This document shows positions 42,070 through 55,924 of a stretch of 64,000 nucleotides of DNA, piece after piece. Both the position numbers and the translations under genes were made by a program. The stretch comes from Eledone cirrhosa (taxonomy: Eukaryota): the NCBI GenBank assembly GCA_964016885.1, contig OZ024745.1:100440001-100504000 (forward strand). The letters are read 5' to 3'. The notes beneath the pieces are model-generated. The model was not told the origin of the DNA, made no database searches, and was given only the letters and a program-made list of their open reading frames with translations. Each line of letters starts with the position of its first letter. Position 1 is the first letter of the stretch.

Positions 42070-42358
42070 ATATTAATAAGAGGAATTCCAACTTTGTCTG
42101 ATTTACTCGTTTTATTTACAATCTTTTAAAATATATAATGGTATTATAATGAAATAGTTGACAGTTGAAAATTGCAAACTTGACTGTCACCACATATTAT
42201 GAACCTGAAGATTGCGAAAGCATGAAAGTACTTGTTCAATTAACACTTAGAATTTAATATTCTATCATACTATTTCATTATAATACCATTATATATTTTA
42301 AAGGATTGTAAATAAAACGAGTAAATCAGACAAAGTTGGAATTCCTCTTATTAATATA
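42070..42358. repeat. Inverted repeat (arms of about 89 bp) enclosing a minimal hammerhead
   Basis: ATATTAATAAGAGGAATTCCAAC...ATGAAATAGT mirrors ACTATTTCAT...GTTGGAATTCCTCTTATTAATAT. Confidence 0.95.
42200..42238 (+). ncRNA. Minimal 39-nt type I hammerhead ribozyme
   Basis: UGAAC CUGAAGA uUGC GAAA GCAu GAAA GUAC UU GUUCA: GNRA-capped stem II and palindromic AGUACU stem III. Confidence 0.85.
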
Positions 42359-42520
42359 TATATATATATAATAAGGAGCTGACAGACCCAGCATCTTTAT
42401 CAATGCCAGGACTGGTTGTATCTCAGCGTACTCAATAGGTAATGTAGGATACATTCCCAGAGTCTACACATAGTTATTCGCTTCAATATAACACACGTAA
42501 AACGGGTGCCTATAATAGTT

Positions 42521-42631
42521 CCCGGACTCGAGTTTCGGCCATACTTAATGACGCAATAAGGTGCACTGTACCCTCTGTCTGCATATATTATGCAACAATG
42601 CAAAATCGGCGTATGTGGCTTCATCAGCGGG
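42521..42631 (-). ncRNA. Type I hammerhead ribozyme with long stem II
   Basis: Minus strand: CCCG CUGAUGA a[GCCAcAUAC...GUAUGGC]c GAAA CUCGAG UC CGGG, with a canonical GUC site. Confidence 0.8.
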
Positions 42632-42728
42632 TATCGCCTAATCAATAACCAATCGATCGACAGAATCCAAACCCCAGCCTATGCCGGCTATGACTGTTTG
42701 TAACTGCCGACACAGTAAAGTGATTATG

Positions 42729-42764
<36 letters not shown>

Positions 42765-42819
42765 CGGATCTAGCTGTTGAAACAGCCGGAGCTCAGCCGT
42801 CGGGGTCCTGAATCTTTTC

Positions 42820-42918
<99 letters not shown>

Positions 42919-43203
42919 TGTGTTTGTGTGTTTGTGTGTTTGTGTGTGTGTGTGTATTTATATGCATTACAGAAAACTTTCTAGAATGATGTATTTATCG
43001 ATGCAATATTCACATTGTTTTAGTATATTCGAAACATTCATTCTTTTGAGTATAATGACAATAGTCATCTGTTCCTTGAAGTTGAAAACAAAACGTCTTA
43101 TTCTTGTCGATGATAAACTGTCACAGCAAAACTGATTCGTCTGTTTAATGAGAATTCATAAAAATCGAGTCTATCATTTACCACGCATTTTTATTTAATT
43201 TTA

Positions 43204-43900
43204 TTGAATTTACAATTCTATGCAGACGATCTGACCATCATGAGTTACTCTAGAACCAATCTGCAAGACTTTCTGAATGTACTGGCTAAACATTCGCTGG
43301 AGGCTGGCTTACACATCAACATCTCCAAAACAAAGTGTATGAGAATTGATAAAAACAATGCCAATCTCCAACTCACAATCTACAACCAGCGAATTGCTGA
43401 ATTTATGGAGTTTGTATATCTCGGTCACAAACTATCACCAAACAACAATGGAATGGTTGCTGCGCAATAACGCATCGCTCTAGGTTGGGCAGCTTTCAAC
43501 AAGAACAAGGAAGTGCTAACATCAAAAGGAGTTTCCTATCATTTGAAGGCTAAGATCTTTGATACTTACATCCTACCAGTTCTGTTATATGGTCTTGACT
43601 GTGTTAATTGGACGACAAGGTCACTTCAGAAGCTCTCTACATTTTAGAACCACATCATGAGACTTATGACTGGCAAACGACTCAGCGACCGTATCTGTAT
43701 CAGTGAGCTGCTCAACATTACTAAACTTAGATCAATTACATCAATTATCAAGTCAAGAGTACTCAAATATACGGTCATATAAAAAGATCAACCGGTGGTG
43801 TGATTAAGTTATGCCTGGAAGGAAGGTTGGCTGGTAAGAGAAACAGAGGCCGGCAGCCAAAGCGATGGCTTGACGATGTCATTTTATGGTCTTTGCTCTT
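43204..43900 (+). pseudogene. RTE-like LINE 3' RT fragment
   Basis: LQFYADD, GLHINISKTKCM, FVYLG, RIALGWAAF, YILPVLLYG and RGRQPKRWLDDV, with internal stops. Confidence 0.85.
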
Positions 43901-44524
43901 TGAACTCTGTTGCTGGTGATCGAACTTTGTGGAGTGAAATATCACATGTTGATGCGCAGTCTGCAACTAGCGGCGGTTAGCGCCACAAGAGATAAAGGGA
44001 AAGTATCTTCATTATTACGTAAAATATCTTGAACAAATATTTTGAAAATATATGTAAAAATCTTGAAACAATAATTGACACTACACACGCCCAATATGTA
44101 TATGTATATATATATACCTATATATATAAAGAGAGAGAGATAGAGATAGATAGAGAGAGAGAAATAAATAGAAAGTTGTGTGTTCATTCGCAGAGATACT
44201 ACAAAATAGGGTGAGTACTATTAAAGACGAAAAGTTGTCATCGACACAAAAGTTGTCTTCGACACAAGACACATATAAAGGGATACAGATCCCATAACTC
44301 CTTGTGGAGACGTAGAGGCCCCGTCACACGGCGGGTCTAGTGCATTGTTAAACCTGGCGGAGTCCAACCCTCTCCAGGTCTGAACACAGCCGATTTTTTC
44401 TATAGAGGAAGAATCGACCCCAATACTGGACTGGTACATTTTTATCGACTTCGAAAGTATGAAAGTTGACCACGGCGGGATTTGATTTCAGAGTGCGCAA
44501 TGAGGTGTGACGAATACCGTAAAG

Positions 44525-44911
44525 CAAGCATATCAGAAGTGTGGCCCACGGGCCGCATGCGACCCTTTACAGGTACACTTGCGGCCCACACAATGGTTTT
44601 TTAGCGCGAGCATATTTTGTCTTCGTAATCTATATATATAACACTGAGGATGTCTGTCTGTGTGTGTATGTGAGTTCGAATCCCTAAAACTCGAGAACCA
44701 CCCAACCGACTGTTTTCAAACTTTAGGGAGTGTTCTGGGCAAAAAGAATTTCGAATTTTCAATGCCCTAGGGATTGCATTAGGCGATTTAGTTATCTCTC
44801 TCTATAATTCTTAGTCTTTCTATTTTTAGATAGATACATACATATAACGTCGCGCTCTTATAATATCTGTCTGTATGTGTGGCTGTCTGCATTACGTCAC
44901 TTCCCTGAGGA

Positions 44912-44985
<74 letters not shown>

Positions 44986-46193
44986 AGTTTGAATCCCTAA
45001 AACTCGAGAAGTACCCAACCAATTTTTTTCAAACTTTACATGTGTATTACTTATGTTTCAGGGAGTGTTATGCACATAAAAAATTCAACTTCAGGTGAAA
45101 AACTGCGTTTTTAAAGATTTTTAGGGGTTTTTTGAGGCGTTACGTCACACCGATTTCCTTAAAATTGTAACTATGTATTAGTCAGTCTCTTCTTCATACC
45201 GTAAGCAAAGAAAATCCAACTTTCTTATGGCCTAGGGGTCGCATTAGGTGAAAAACTTCATTTTTTCAGCTTCTTAGGGCTTTTTGGAGGCGTTACGTCT
45301 AGCCGATTTTCCCGAAATTTCAAGGCATATTATGCACTTAAAAAAATTCATTTTTTAATGCATCAGTTGCATTAGGAGAAAACCTGCATTTTTCCTGCTT
45401 CATCGAGGAAAATTTTAAAGATTATCCAGCCATCAGAGTATTCGGTTTATTTTCTTAACATATTGTCCAGGCATGCAGTTTTTCGACGATTAGGTCAGTT
45501 GGCGGCCCGCGTTCCAAAATACCTTATCCCGTGCAATGCCGGGTACCACTGCTAGTCTATATATATAAAACTGAGGATGTCTCTGTGTGTGTGTGTGAGT
45601 TTGAACCCCTAAAACTAGAGAAACACCCAACCGACTGTTTTCAAACTTTACACATGTAATACTTATGTTTCAGGGAGTCTTGTGAGCAAATAAAATTTCA
45701 AATTTTCAATGCCCTAGGGACCGCATTAGGCGATTTAGCGATCTCTCTTTATAATTCTTAGTCTTTCTCTTTTTAGATACATACATACATAAAACATCGC
45801 GCCCTTATAATATCTGTCTGTATGTCTGGCTGTCTGCTGCCTCCTGTTATTCTGCCACCCTTGCTCAAGACAAATCTCACACTCATTCCCCAAACAGTTG
45901 GTAAGTGCACACAACTTCTTCCTCACGTTTTAAGCCACAGTGTTGCTTACTTACGTACCACCAGACCCTTACTTCTTTGCCAGCCGTGGTTGTGGCAATA
46001 CTAAGCTTAGCTAAGGCGGTTATATACTTCACAATACCTTATCCCGTGCAACGCCGGGTACCACTGCTAGTATATATATATATATAAAAAAGAAAATAGT
46101 TGTAATGTGCGCAATTAGTTGTCGTGTGTGGACCTCAGACAACACATATGTGACCCATGTGGCCCTCAGGGGACCCTCAGTTTAACATGTCTG
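44525..46193. mobile_element. hAT (Charlie-like) MITE inserted in a minus-strand SINE
   Basis: 8-bp flanks CCGTAAAG (44517) and TCGTAAAG (46194); subterminal GGCCCACGGGCCGCATGCG; SINE halves at about 44410-44524 and 46194-46240. Confidence 0.65.
44629..46070 (+). mobile_element. Head-to-tail pair of non-autonomous Helitrons (44629-45555, 45556-46070)
   Basis: A|TCTATATATATAA start. Each unit ends CCCGTGCAA(T/C)GCCGGG TACCACTG CTAG. Junction is CTAG|TCTATATATATAAAACTGAGG; final end is CTAG|T. Confidence 0.9.
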
Positions 46194-46559
46194 TCGTAAA
46201 GCATTTTATCAGACGTCTTAACGACTCTGCCGATTCTCTGCCTAAGACTCATTTGACATCAGACAATTTATTTCAGTGTAGAAGAGGAAGAAAGATGGGG
46301 ACAACATGTACCAAAGAATACATTATCGTGTGTGTCATTCCGTTTTTAAGACAGTAATGTGTGCTGTGTAGGAGATTGACTGCTACTTTTGTTTAGAAAT
46401 TCAATATATTTTGTCACTGAAGGGTTTTTGCCAAGATAGAAACTCATCTTAACATGTTTGTAGTATATTTGAATTCATGACGTAGGGAATGAGTAGTTCG
46501 ATATGTTAACCCCCTCGGAAGATTTCTCAGCTACTTATACCTCCTCCTACTCCCCCTCC

Positions 46560-46900
<341 letters not shown>

Positions 46901-47144
46901 TTGATGTAACTATTTTGGTCAGATGAAATAAATAGCAAATTAGTTCCTCTAGCCCATTGAAGAAAAATAGGGGTTTCTTCTTAATTTTGATTTCAAACTT
47001 ACCCCCCTCCCCCCACACTTCATTCATTCATTCGCTATTATTGGAAAACTATTTAAAATATATTTTAATTAGGGTAATGTTAATTAGAGTTAAGTTTCGA
47101 ACTTGAAAGTATTTTGAACGTATTTAGATTTCTTTTAGTACATT

Positions 47145-47442
47145 CAGGGGCCTCGTTTACCTTAAAATGTGAGGGTGACAAACCAACATTTGTTGATTCT
47201 TAAAGGAGCATAAATTGCTTATGGTGCCTTTCCCGGACCCTACCACATCAGCAACATTTTACGCTAATAAAATTTTATATATTCAAATGAAGTTCAGATA
47301 TAAAAAAAATAAGCTTAAAAAGAATTTATTATATCAAATAAACAAAAAACGAAAACATAGACGTTTGAAAAAGTGTGTGGTGGTGGTGGTGAGGGGGGGG
47401 GGGGGGGTTAGTCCCTGGTACCCCCCTGCAACAAGGTCCTTG
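47145..47442. mobile_element. hAT-type MITE with 8-bp TSD AGTACATT
   Basis: TIRs CAGGGGCCTCGTT / AACAAGGTCCTTG; perfect AGTACATT at 47137-47144 and 47443-47450. Confidence 0.82.
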
Positions 47443-48843
47443 AGTACATTCACATCCAGTCCAAATAAACTAGTAACACAACTTATATATTTTGAAAATA
47501 CTTCGTCTTTCGTTTGTTAATATAAATATGTCTCCTGTATTAAATAATCATTTATTGATGTATTGCCTTTGCTTTGTGAGAATCTTTTGTGTTTGTCTAG
47601 TGAATAACCCTTTACGTATAGAACATAAATCTAATTCTTGTACTTTATTGACTTGCATGTAATATGTCATCTGTCCCCTTCACCTTCACATCTATTATTT
47701 CTCTAACATGTAACATGCTGGTTCACACGTGTTTGTCGTATTTTCTTTCAGCACGATGTTTTCAAGCTTATTTTTGTTTCTTTCTTTACTAGATTGGTTT
47801 CTATAGCAGCATCGGTTTTATCTCAAACTACGTTCTTTATTTCTGAAACAATCGGTTTGAAAATTTGAATTACTCAGCTAAAATCCGATTAATCGTTGTT
47901 CCAGATGAATCACCAACATATGTCAGGAAGTACGAGACACAAAGGATAATTAAAATTAATTGCACTACTTCTCCCTCGATCTTATTTAGTCCTTATAGCT
48001 ATTGAAAGCAACTAGCTGCGCTCTATGACCTGGTAAATCATAACAAATATTTCTCGAAATAACGAAACCAAATCAATTATGTGCGGCAAAGAGTGATATG
48101 TTTTCTGAAGTTTACGAATGAATCATTTTCTTTAGCGACAAGAAAATAAGATATCATGTAGAAGATGAAATTTCAAAATCATTTTGAAGGAGGTTTTATT
48201 GTAAATAATTGTGTAAATCTTAACTATAATAAAGGGAGGAGCGCGGGACTGCGTCCAGAATATATTTTTTATCCCGTTTATAAAATAAGTTGGATTACTT
48301 TAAATAAATAATGAATGAATATTACATAATTTATTTACTAAGTTTCGTAACTCTTGATTAAATATAAATAATTTTATTGCTTAATTTAAGATTCACTTCT
48401 TTAAAATGTTCAAATGTCAACACTTCCGGTTAGCGCCCGTTATATTACAACATTTATTAGATCGCTTATATAAACGTCCATATATTTCCGTCGCTAATTT
48501 TCTCCTAATGCAGTTTATATATAATATCATATTTTTTTAATGTATCATGGATTACTCTACTAATTACGGGAGAGTGTAACGCAAACTTCTTTTTCTTTCA
48601 ATTTCTGTGTATATTGTCAATTACGATTTCATTTTATGTATCATATCTATATGTATATATATATTTGCGTATAATATCAATATGCACACTACACATATTA
48701 GCAGAAAAACCACCCGAAGGGTTATTTTTCTGCTAGTATAATTTAAAAATATTGCTTTGAAATTCATGATGAGATGAAATGTAGAAAGTGTTAAATGTTT
48801 TCACTCTATAGTTTAATATGATGTTTAACTAATATTATTTATA

Positions 48844-48962
48844 CTGAGTTCAAATCCCCCCGAGGTTGACTTTGCCTTTCATCCTTACGGGGTCGATAAA
48901 ATAAAGTACCCTCAATGTACTGGGTAATTGCTGGCCTTGTGCCAAAAGTAGAAACAATTATT
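48844..48962 (+). mobile_element. 5'-truncated SINE family 1
   Basis: Runs from the B-box to the tail. Confidence 0.85.
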
Positions 48963-49239
48963 TATACGATTTTGTTGCCATATTTCCCGAGTTATTAATA
49001 TAATTCTTAGAAATTTCATTCATTCATCTCTCCGCAACTGGTGCAGCCAGTCGTCGGGGTGCCACTCTAGATACTTTTGCAGTTAGTAGTCGTCACTGGT
49101 ATCTATTCTCCGTCACACGTAGAAGGGTCTTGGTGTTGTGACTAGGCCAATCTTTGATTTTGTCGGACAAGGATTTTCCTTGTTCCCCGATTGTGCATTG
49201 AAAGATGGTTTTAGACAAGGATGTGGTGGGATATATGAC

Positions 49240-49800
49240 AATACCAGGCAAGCTTCAATTATGACGATGATGCTGTTGAAGAATTCTATGAGAACCCGGA
49301 GAAAATCATCGGGACAGCTCCTAAAAAAAGACAATCTCAACATCTTAGGAGACTAGTATGCCAAAGAAGGCCCAGGTGCATATGACCAATGGGTCAGTGG
49401 GACGATTTGGAATTGGAGAAACAAATATTCGTGGACCCGGCCTCATAGAATTTGCTACCACCCACACGCTGATCCTAGCCAACACACAGTTCCCACACGG
49501 GTAACAACATGGCATGCACCCAATGGCAGGACTCGCAACCAAATCGACTTGACCCTCACACCTCAAAGGGTCAAGTCCAGTATCAATAAGGCCAGGACTA
49601 GATCATTTCCTGGTGCAGATGTCAACAGTGATCATGATTTGGTTTTGATGACACTAAAGCTTAAATTGAAAAAGATCCATAAAAAGGTAGCTACACGTAT
49701 CACGTTTGATGTAGGCAAACTAAGAGATTCTAGTGTTGCAGCAATATTTGAGGCAAACGTAGGTAGCAGATTTGCAGTCCTCAACCTTTTAGAAGTCTCA
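49240..49800 (+). pseudogene. RTE-like LINE APE C-terminal fragment
   Basis: YDDDAVEEFY, NILGD, GRFGIGETNIRG, TWHAPNGRTRNQID and RSFPGADVNSDHDLV. Confidence 0.85.
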
Positions 49801-50639
49801 GAAATAAAATCGGTAAAAATAAAATGGAGAAAATAAATAATGTATAACATTCAATAGAAATTCAAAATGACTAAACCCACGTTTGGCGAATGCTTGTATG
49901 AATCTTAATAGACGCTATTTTGACTAATTTGTTAAACAACATACCTCAATAAATTTTTTATATTTAAATTAACATTTAAGCCAACTGAAGCGTTATATTA
50001 AGGCCTTATGTTTTGATAAACTTCATTCTGATTGATTTTTGTAGGCATAAGATATTATGTCCATTAACTTTTCGTAACCAATAGGATTAATGTATTTATG
50101 CTTTTATCCTTATTCTACTCATATCATCGGCTTTCTTCATTCGAAAAGTGACGACATAATGTTCAGGAAAGATCAATGAGTCATACTGGTCATGTGACCA
50201 GCAATTGCACAAAAACATGTTTACACCTAACATGCTTTTGACTCATCAGTCGATCGCAAACAGGTTTGACCCCTTTTCTTATTCATAGACACAAGTATTA
50301 AACAATAAAAATACTAAACAACATCGATAACTTTGTCTCCATTATTTTCCATTATTACCTAACATATCATACAAACTATGATATAATTAATTATAAAAAT
50401 TAAGTATCATTTAATTACCTTAAACTATTTAATCAATTAATTTACCGCCTATTAATTTAAAAGAAATAAATGACATTTATGAAATATAATACATTTTTAT
50501 ATTTTGTCTATTAAGGTTTGTAAGTGAGCTGTGAAGTGAAATGGATTAGTTTTTGTTAGAGAAGTGGTTTGTGTGAATAAAATGTGGTGTGGTAAATAAA
50601 TATATACATATACACCAGGTCTGAACACAGAGGAACCAA

Positions 50640-51560
50640 ACACCCACAGTCACAGCCTCCGTCTCTCCCGCTCTCACCATCTATCACTATTATGAACAAA
50701 TGGGGACCCACGCGCTGGCCGCCCCGGCGGACCAGTAGCGTGCAGAGGGGTGACGTGTGTTGGCCCCGGGCATCCTTTGGAGAGGGGCATCATTTAGGGA
50801 AAAGAACTTAATAAATTTGATTGATTTATATTAAAATCGAATAAAGCGTTTATTCATGTTTCACCTGTGTTTATATATTCAAAAGGTTTTCCTTTCTCAT
50901 AATATTTCTCAGTATATTAAGTCTTATACTTGAGTCTTTGGGGAAGATTTGCCTCAGGCATCACCAGAGCTCTGCACGCCGCTGCGGCGGACAGGATAGA
51001 GAAGGCGTTTCCTCGGAGTATGGAGGGAGACGCGCTGGAAAAGCCGTTCCAGCTCGCGAAGCTCACACCTGCGGGTAGCCAACTCTGTATCGATGGTGGG
51101 GAGTAGGGAAAGGTATAAAGTTTTAGTTCATTTGAACAGGTAAAACTTTCAAAACCTTTAATTACAAAAGCATGAATACAAATAATTTTTTTAACACTCT
51201 TCTCCATTGAAGTGTATTCTTCTTTTAATATAAATCTCTATATACATATATATGGCGTGGTAAATAAATATATACAGATACATATTAGATACATTATAAA
51301 CAAAAATGAGCCCACGCGCTGGCCACCCGTGGCCCCGGCGGACAGAATAGAGAAGTCGTTTCCCCGAAGGATGATGAGGGGGACGCACTGGAATAGCCAG
51401 TCCAGCTCGCTAGGCTCACACCTGCGTGTAGATAACTCCGTGCTGATAGGTGGTGAGTAAGGAGGTGGTCCTAGGGCCAAGGACACCAGCAGTTTCCTCT
51501 CCACAAACCTGTTGGAGAGTGACCGATATTTGGAGAGTTTACCCTTCTCGGCCCGAAATG
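50640..51560 (-). mobile_element. Two CRE-like RLE 3' fragments (about 50640-51105 and 51305-51560)
   Basis: RRCEPSELDWLFQCVPLIILRGNDFSILSA and ILRGNAFSILSA; homologous to 7615-7925. Confidence 0.75.
50733..50984. mobile_element. hAT-type MITE with 8-bp TSD CGGCGGAC, inserted in a CRE fragment
   Basis: TIRs CAGTAGCGTGCAGAG / CTCTGCACGCCGCTG; perfect TSD at 50725-50732 and 50985-50992. Confidence 0.88.
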
Positions 51561-53702
51561 TAGCAGAGCCTTGGTTATATAAATTATTCAAAGTTTCTAT
51601 GTATATATATTTTTACTTAGCCTTATGGTATAAATCCTTACATTGCTTATATGTTAACCATACTTTCTTACGTGGAATGAATACCTCTATTTTCCCGTGT
51701 TAGACAGTATCTTCTCCAAACACTAATTGGTAAATATACATCAACAGATCCTTTATTCAGGATATTGACTGGTAGATAAACAATCCTGACAGTGTAAAAA
51801 TACTTTTTTTCTATCCAAATCCAGATTTAGCCGACCATTTACCGATCAGGTGATGAGTTAAGGCTTCTCTGTATTATTACAGCAGGCGAGGCACGCCTTA
51901 ATAGCCCACCTGCCGTCTCACCTCACTCTCTCCCCACATCAAACTTCGTTAGTTACCTGAATTTCACCTTACTTCTAATCTGTTACTCTTTTGCTGATTT
52001 TCCTCATATCATCAGCTCCCACCTCTCTACCCCTCTCTTTCCTCCCACGCCTTGATAGCTCTGATCTGGCTCTATATCTTTCACCTATTTACATTTGTTT
52101 AATTTCCACCATCTCCACTCGTGATATGACAGGGACCTTGCTTTATAGGTAACGCCTTACTCTCGGCCGCTCCATCAGCTGGAGTATAATCCTGTATCTT
52201 TTCTCCCCTAGTTCGTAACTAGTAACGCAACCCGTACAGAAATTAAAACGGCCTTGTCGTGGTCACTGATACACCTACAGGTGTAGAAAAAACAAACGAA
52301 AATTAACCAGAATCAGGCTACCCATCTATTACCCTCTTCCAGCTTAACAAAAATAATACTTTCTACATTTGGCACAAGGCCTCAAAATAATACTATGCAA
52401 ATGATACTACTCTTCATTCCTCCTTAATCATTCACACACTACTGTTATCTACACACATCCTATATCCCACATCTACAATCTCCAGTAACTTTATGAACAG
52501 AAGCCTCGAGAACCTTCCCCATTGAAATTGAAATTGTTTAGTATATTCCAACAGCCCAAACACATACTCACTGTTGGCATCGAGGAAATTGCCTTGTACA
52601 TTATCTTTTTAGTGAATAACTCGTAATCAAAATTCTCTAAGTCGATACAAAGGCAGAGGTTGTATGGTCTTTCCTAGCGATCCCAACTACATTAAGTTGT
52701 TAAAACTGCATCTCTAAAACAAGGTTTTCTTCAGGTGCCAAAAAATAGATTTGATGAGCAATTGCTACTCTTCCATAAAGCTCAAGTAAAAACCTACAAT
52801 GAAATACTTTCCTGATATCTCAGACAGACATCCAAGAAATCGCCCAGAAGGTTATTCACCTGACTGACAAAGACTCAGTCGCCAATATATCACAGCAGTA
52901 TGAGCACGTGAACCACAGACGTGGTGTCATCGCTCTCTGTATAGTTAGTTGCATGTCCACTTGTCTTTTTTCCTCTCATCTGACCTGACCCGTGTCAAAC
53001 ACACTGTCTCATTCGTCTCACTGAATTTCATCGTCGTGTGAGAATCTGCAACGGATATGGATACAGAAACTTCTTTGTTTTGACTAAGGCAGAACATTAA
53101 AAATAAAGCCATTCGATATTGTATATGTTTTAATAGCAAATTTGTCTATGGTGATCGAATTTGTCTATGGTGATCGAATAATTTAATGAAATAGCTGATA
53201 TGAGAACACTAATGATTCATAGATGTATACCTATGCCTTAGATGTTAATGGGAGAATTTGGATCATTTATTGAATTAGTGTCTTTGAATTTTTGTCTGAG
53301 AAAAAGAAAAAAATCATGCGGATACAGAGGTTATCGCCGATTGATTTTTGACGCAATACTTTTGCCATTTTGTCTGTAGGTCGCTAGTGAGATAAGCTGT
53401 CCAACCAAGGGTTTAGAGTCACTTCCTTTTTTTTTTTTCTTATCTTACTTTTAACTGTCTTTTATGAATTCTATATTAAAACTATTCGTTTTATGTTCAG
53501 CAAGCGTTATAATCTATTCCTGTAACTCTCATTCTATTCTCGTAGCGTTCATAAATTATCATAGCTATTCACGTATGTAAATAATAAAATAACTGAATCT
53601 AGATATTTCTCTTCTTTTTTATATAATTTCTGCAAAAACATCCGTTCGTGGATGGCCCTTTAAGTATGCTAATGATATGTTACTGCCTGAGTTTTGCACT
53701 AG

Positions 53703-53749
<47 letters not shown>

Positions 53750-54207
53750 TGTATGTGTGTGTGTGAGTGTATGTGTGTGTGTGAGTGTGTGTGAGTGTGT
53801 GTGAGTGTGTGTGTGTATATATGTATGTATGTATACTTTGATTTGATAACATGTCACAATAATTTTCTCTGACTTTCAAAACTAAATCATTAATGAATTA
53901 AACAATATCCTGTATATATTTATTATTATTCGGGAAATGGAAGCCTCCCATGTTTAAAGATAATATGTAGAGTGTAAGTCCAGAAAAGGTTTGACTCCCA
54001 CCAGATAGTTATTTGTCGAAAAGCTGGCCTTTCATCATTTTTGATTTTTTGACAATTTGACTTTTTGATAGGCTTTGATCATAATTTGTTTTTGAGGAAA
54101 TTATCCTTGGTTTCAGTAGGGTCAGGGGAATCTAATGGTTTGCAAGAATATAACATTTACTTTGCCAGGTTTGTGGTAATATTTTCATTTAGATTCAAAA
54201 CTTCCCG

Positions 54208-54312
54208 TTACTACTACTACTATTACTACTACTATTACTACTACTACTACTACTGCTACTACTACTACTACTACTACTACTGCTGCTACTACTGCTACTA
54301 CTGCTACTACTG

Positions 54313-54374
<62 letters not shown>

Positions 54375-54384
54375 ACTACTACTA

Positions 54385-54438
<54 letters not shown>

Positions 54439-54444
54439 CTACTA

Positions 54445-54510
<66 letters not shown>

Positions 54511-54582
54511 CTACTACTACTGCTGCTGCTACTACTGCTACTACTACTACTGCTACTCCTGCTACTGCTGCTGCTGCTGCTG

Positions 54583-54617
<35 letters not shown>

Positions 54618-54664
54618 ACTACTACTACTGCTACTATTACTACTACTACTGCTGCTGCTGCTGT

Positions 54665-54728
<64 letters not shown>

Positions 54729-54747
54729 ACTACTGCTGCTGCTGTTT

Positions 54748-54832
<85 letters not shown>

Positions 54833-54846
54833 GGCTGCTGCTGTTT

Positions 54847-54906
<60 letters not shown>
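54208..54906. repeat. Mosaic (TAC)n/(TGC)n trinucleotide tract of about 700 bp
   Basis: Seen directly. Confidence 0.97.
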
Positions 54907-54907
<1 letters not shown>

Positions 54908-55474
54908 CCTGCTGCTACTGCTTCTGCTGCAGTAGCTGTTCCTGATACATCTGCTATATGATATTTCATTGAAATGTTTCTTTATTGTTTGTAGCTATTT
55001 TGATTAATCTATTTTCTACGACTGTAGTGTCATACGAAGTGTAAATTATTGAATATGACTTGAGAATCATATACAATTGTATTTGTACTTCTATTAATAG
55101 TTTATAATACAGGAACTACGGTCTATTATATATGTGTTTAAATGAAAGAGCCAGCAATAAAATTATAATTTTTCGGACTATTAAACCCATTTTTAGAGAT
55201 GGATGACAGGAGGTGTGTTATAATTCTTAGCTTAGAAATGAATAAAAGTTTCTATTAACTACTCAACCAAGAATACGACATCCGATGACAATCGGATATC
55301 GAAACAAGCAGTATAGATGTAATATATTAAGAGATTTATTATCTTTATTTATAAGGTTAGAAATTCCGCACAACTATAATCTTATCAACAGCAAGTCTTT
55401 TCAGACAGATATGTAATCGTTGACAAAACTGTCAAGCTTCTATACAAATATTTGTACCATTACAGTGATCATTA

Positions 55475-55862
55475 ATTGGCAGTATCGGTAGAGGGTTGGA
55501 CGTCATGTTTTCTAGCATAGTTACGTCCCTTTACAGTCTGAGTTAAAATACCGCCGAGGTTAACTTTGCTTTTCATCCTTACGGGGTCGATAAAATAAAG
55601 TACCAGTAATGTACTGGGTAATTGCTGGCCTTGTGCCTAAAGTAAAAACAATTAATTAATTACACACGGCGGTGAATTGGCAGTATCGGTAGAGGGTCGG
55701 ACGCCATGCTTTGACGCATAGAGTTACGGCCCTTGCCATTCTGAGTTCAAATCCCGTCGAGGTTAACTTTGCCTTTCATCCTTACGGGGTCGATAAAATA
55801 AAGTACCAGTAATGCACTGGCTAAATGCTGGCCTTGTGCCAAAAAAAGAAACAATTTATTAA
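55475..55862 (+). mobile_element. Two tandem family-1 SINEs
   Basis: Copies at about 55475-55655 and 55670-55862. Confidence 0.9.
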
Positions 55863-55924
55863 TTACACACACACACCAACACAAACATATATACTGTATA
55901 CATATATATATATATGAAATTTTT

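Noticed and set aside
52945-53139. Possible minus-strand host exon (MFCLSQNKEV...)
   Set aside because: Short, with no recognisable homology and no supported splice partners.
54065-54961. 298-aa Cys/Tyr-rich protein
   Set aside because: Pure trinucleotide mosaic with a non-ATG start and no domain.
55278-55320. Hammerhead-like ACAT CCGATGA..GAAAC..GTA (similar weak cases near 5147, 20080, 38547 and 41330)
   Set aside because: Core mutated and stems not pairing in register; too degenerate to call.
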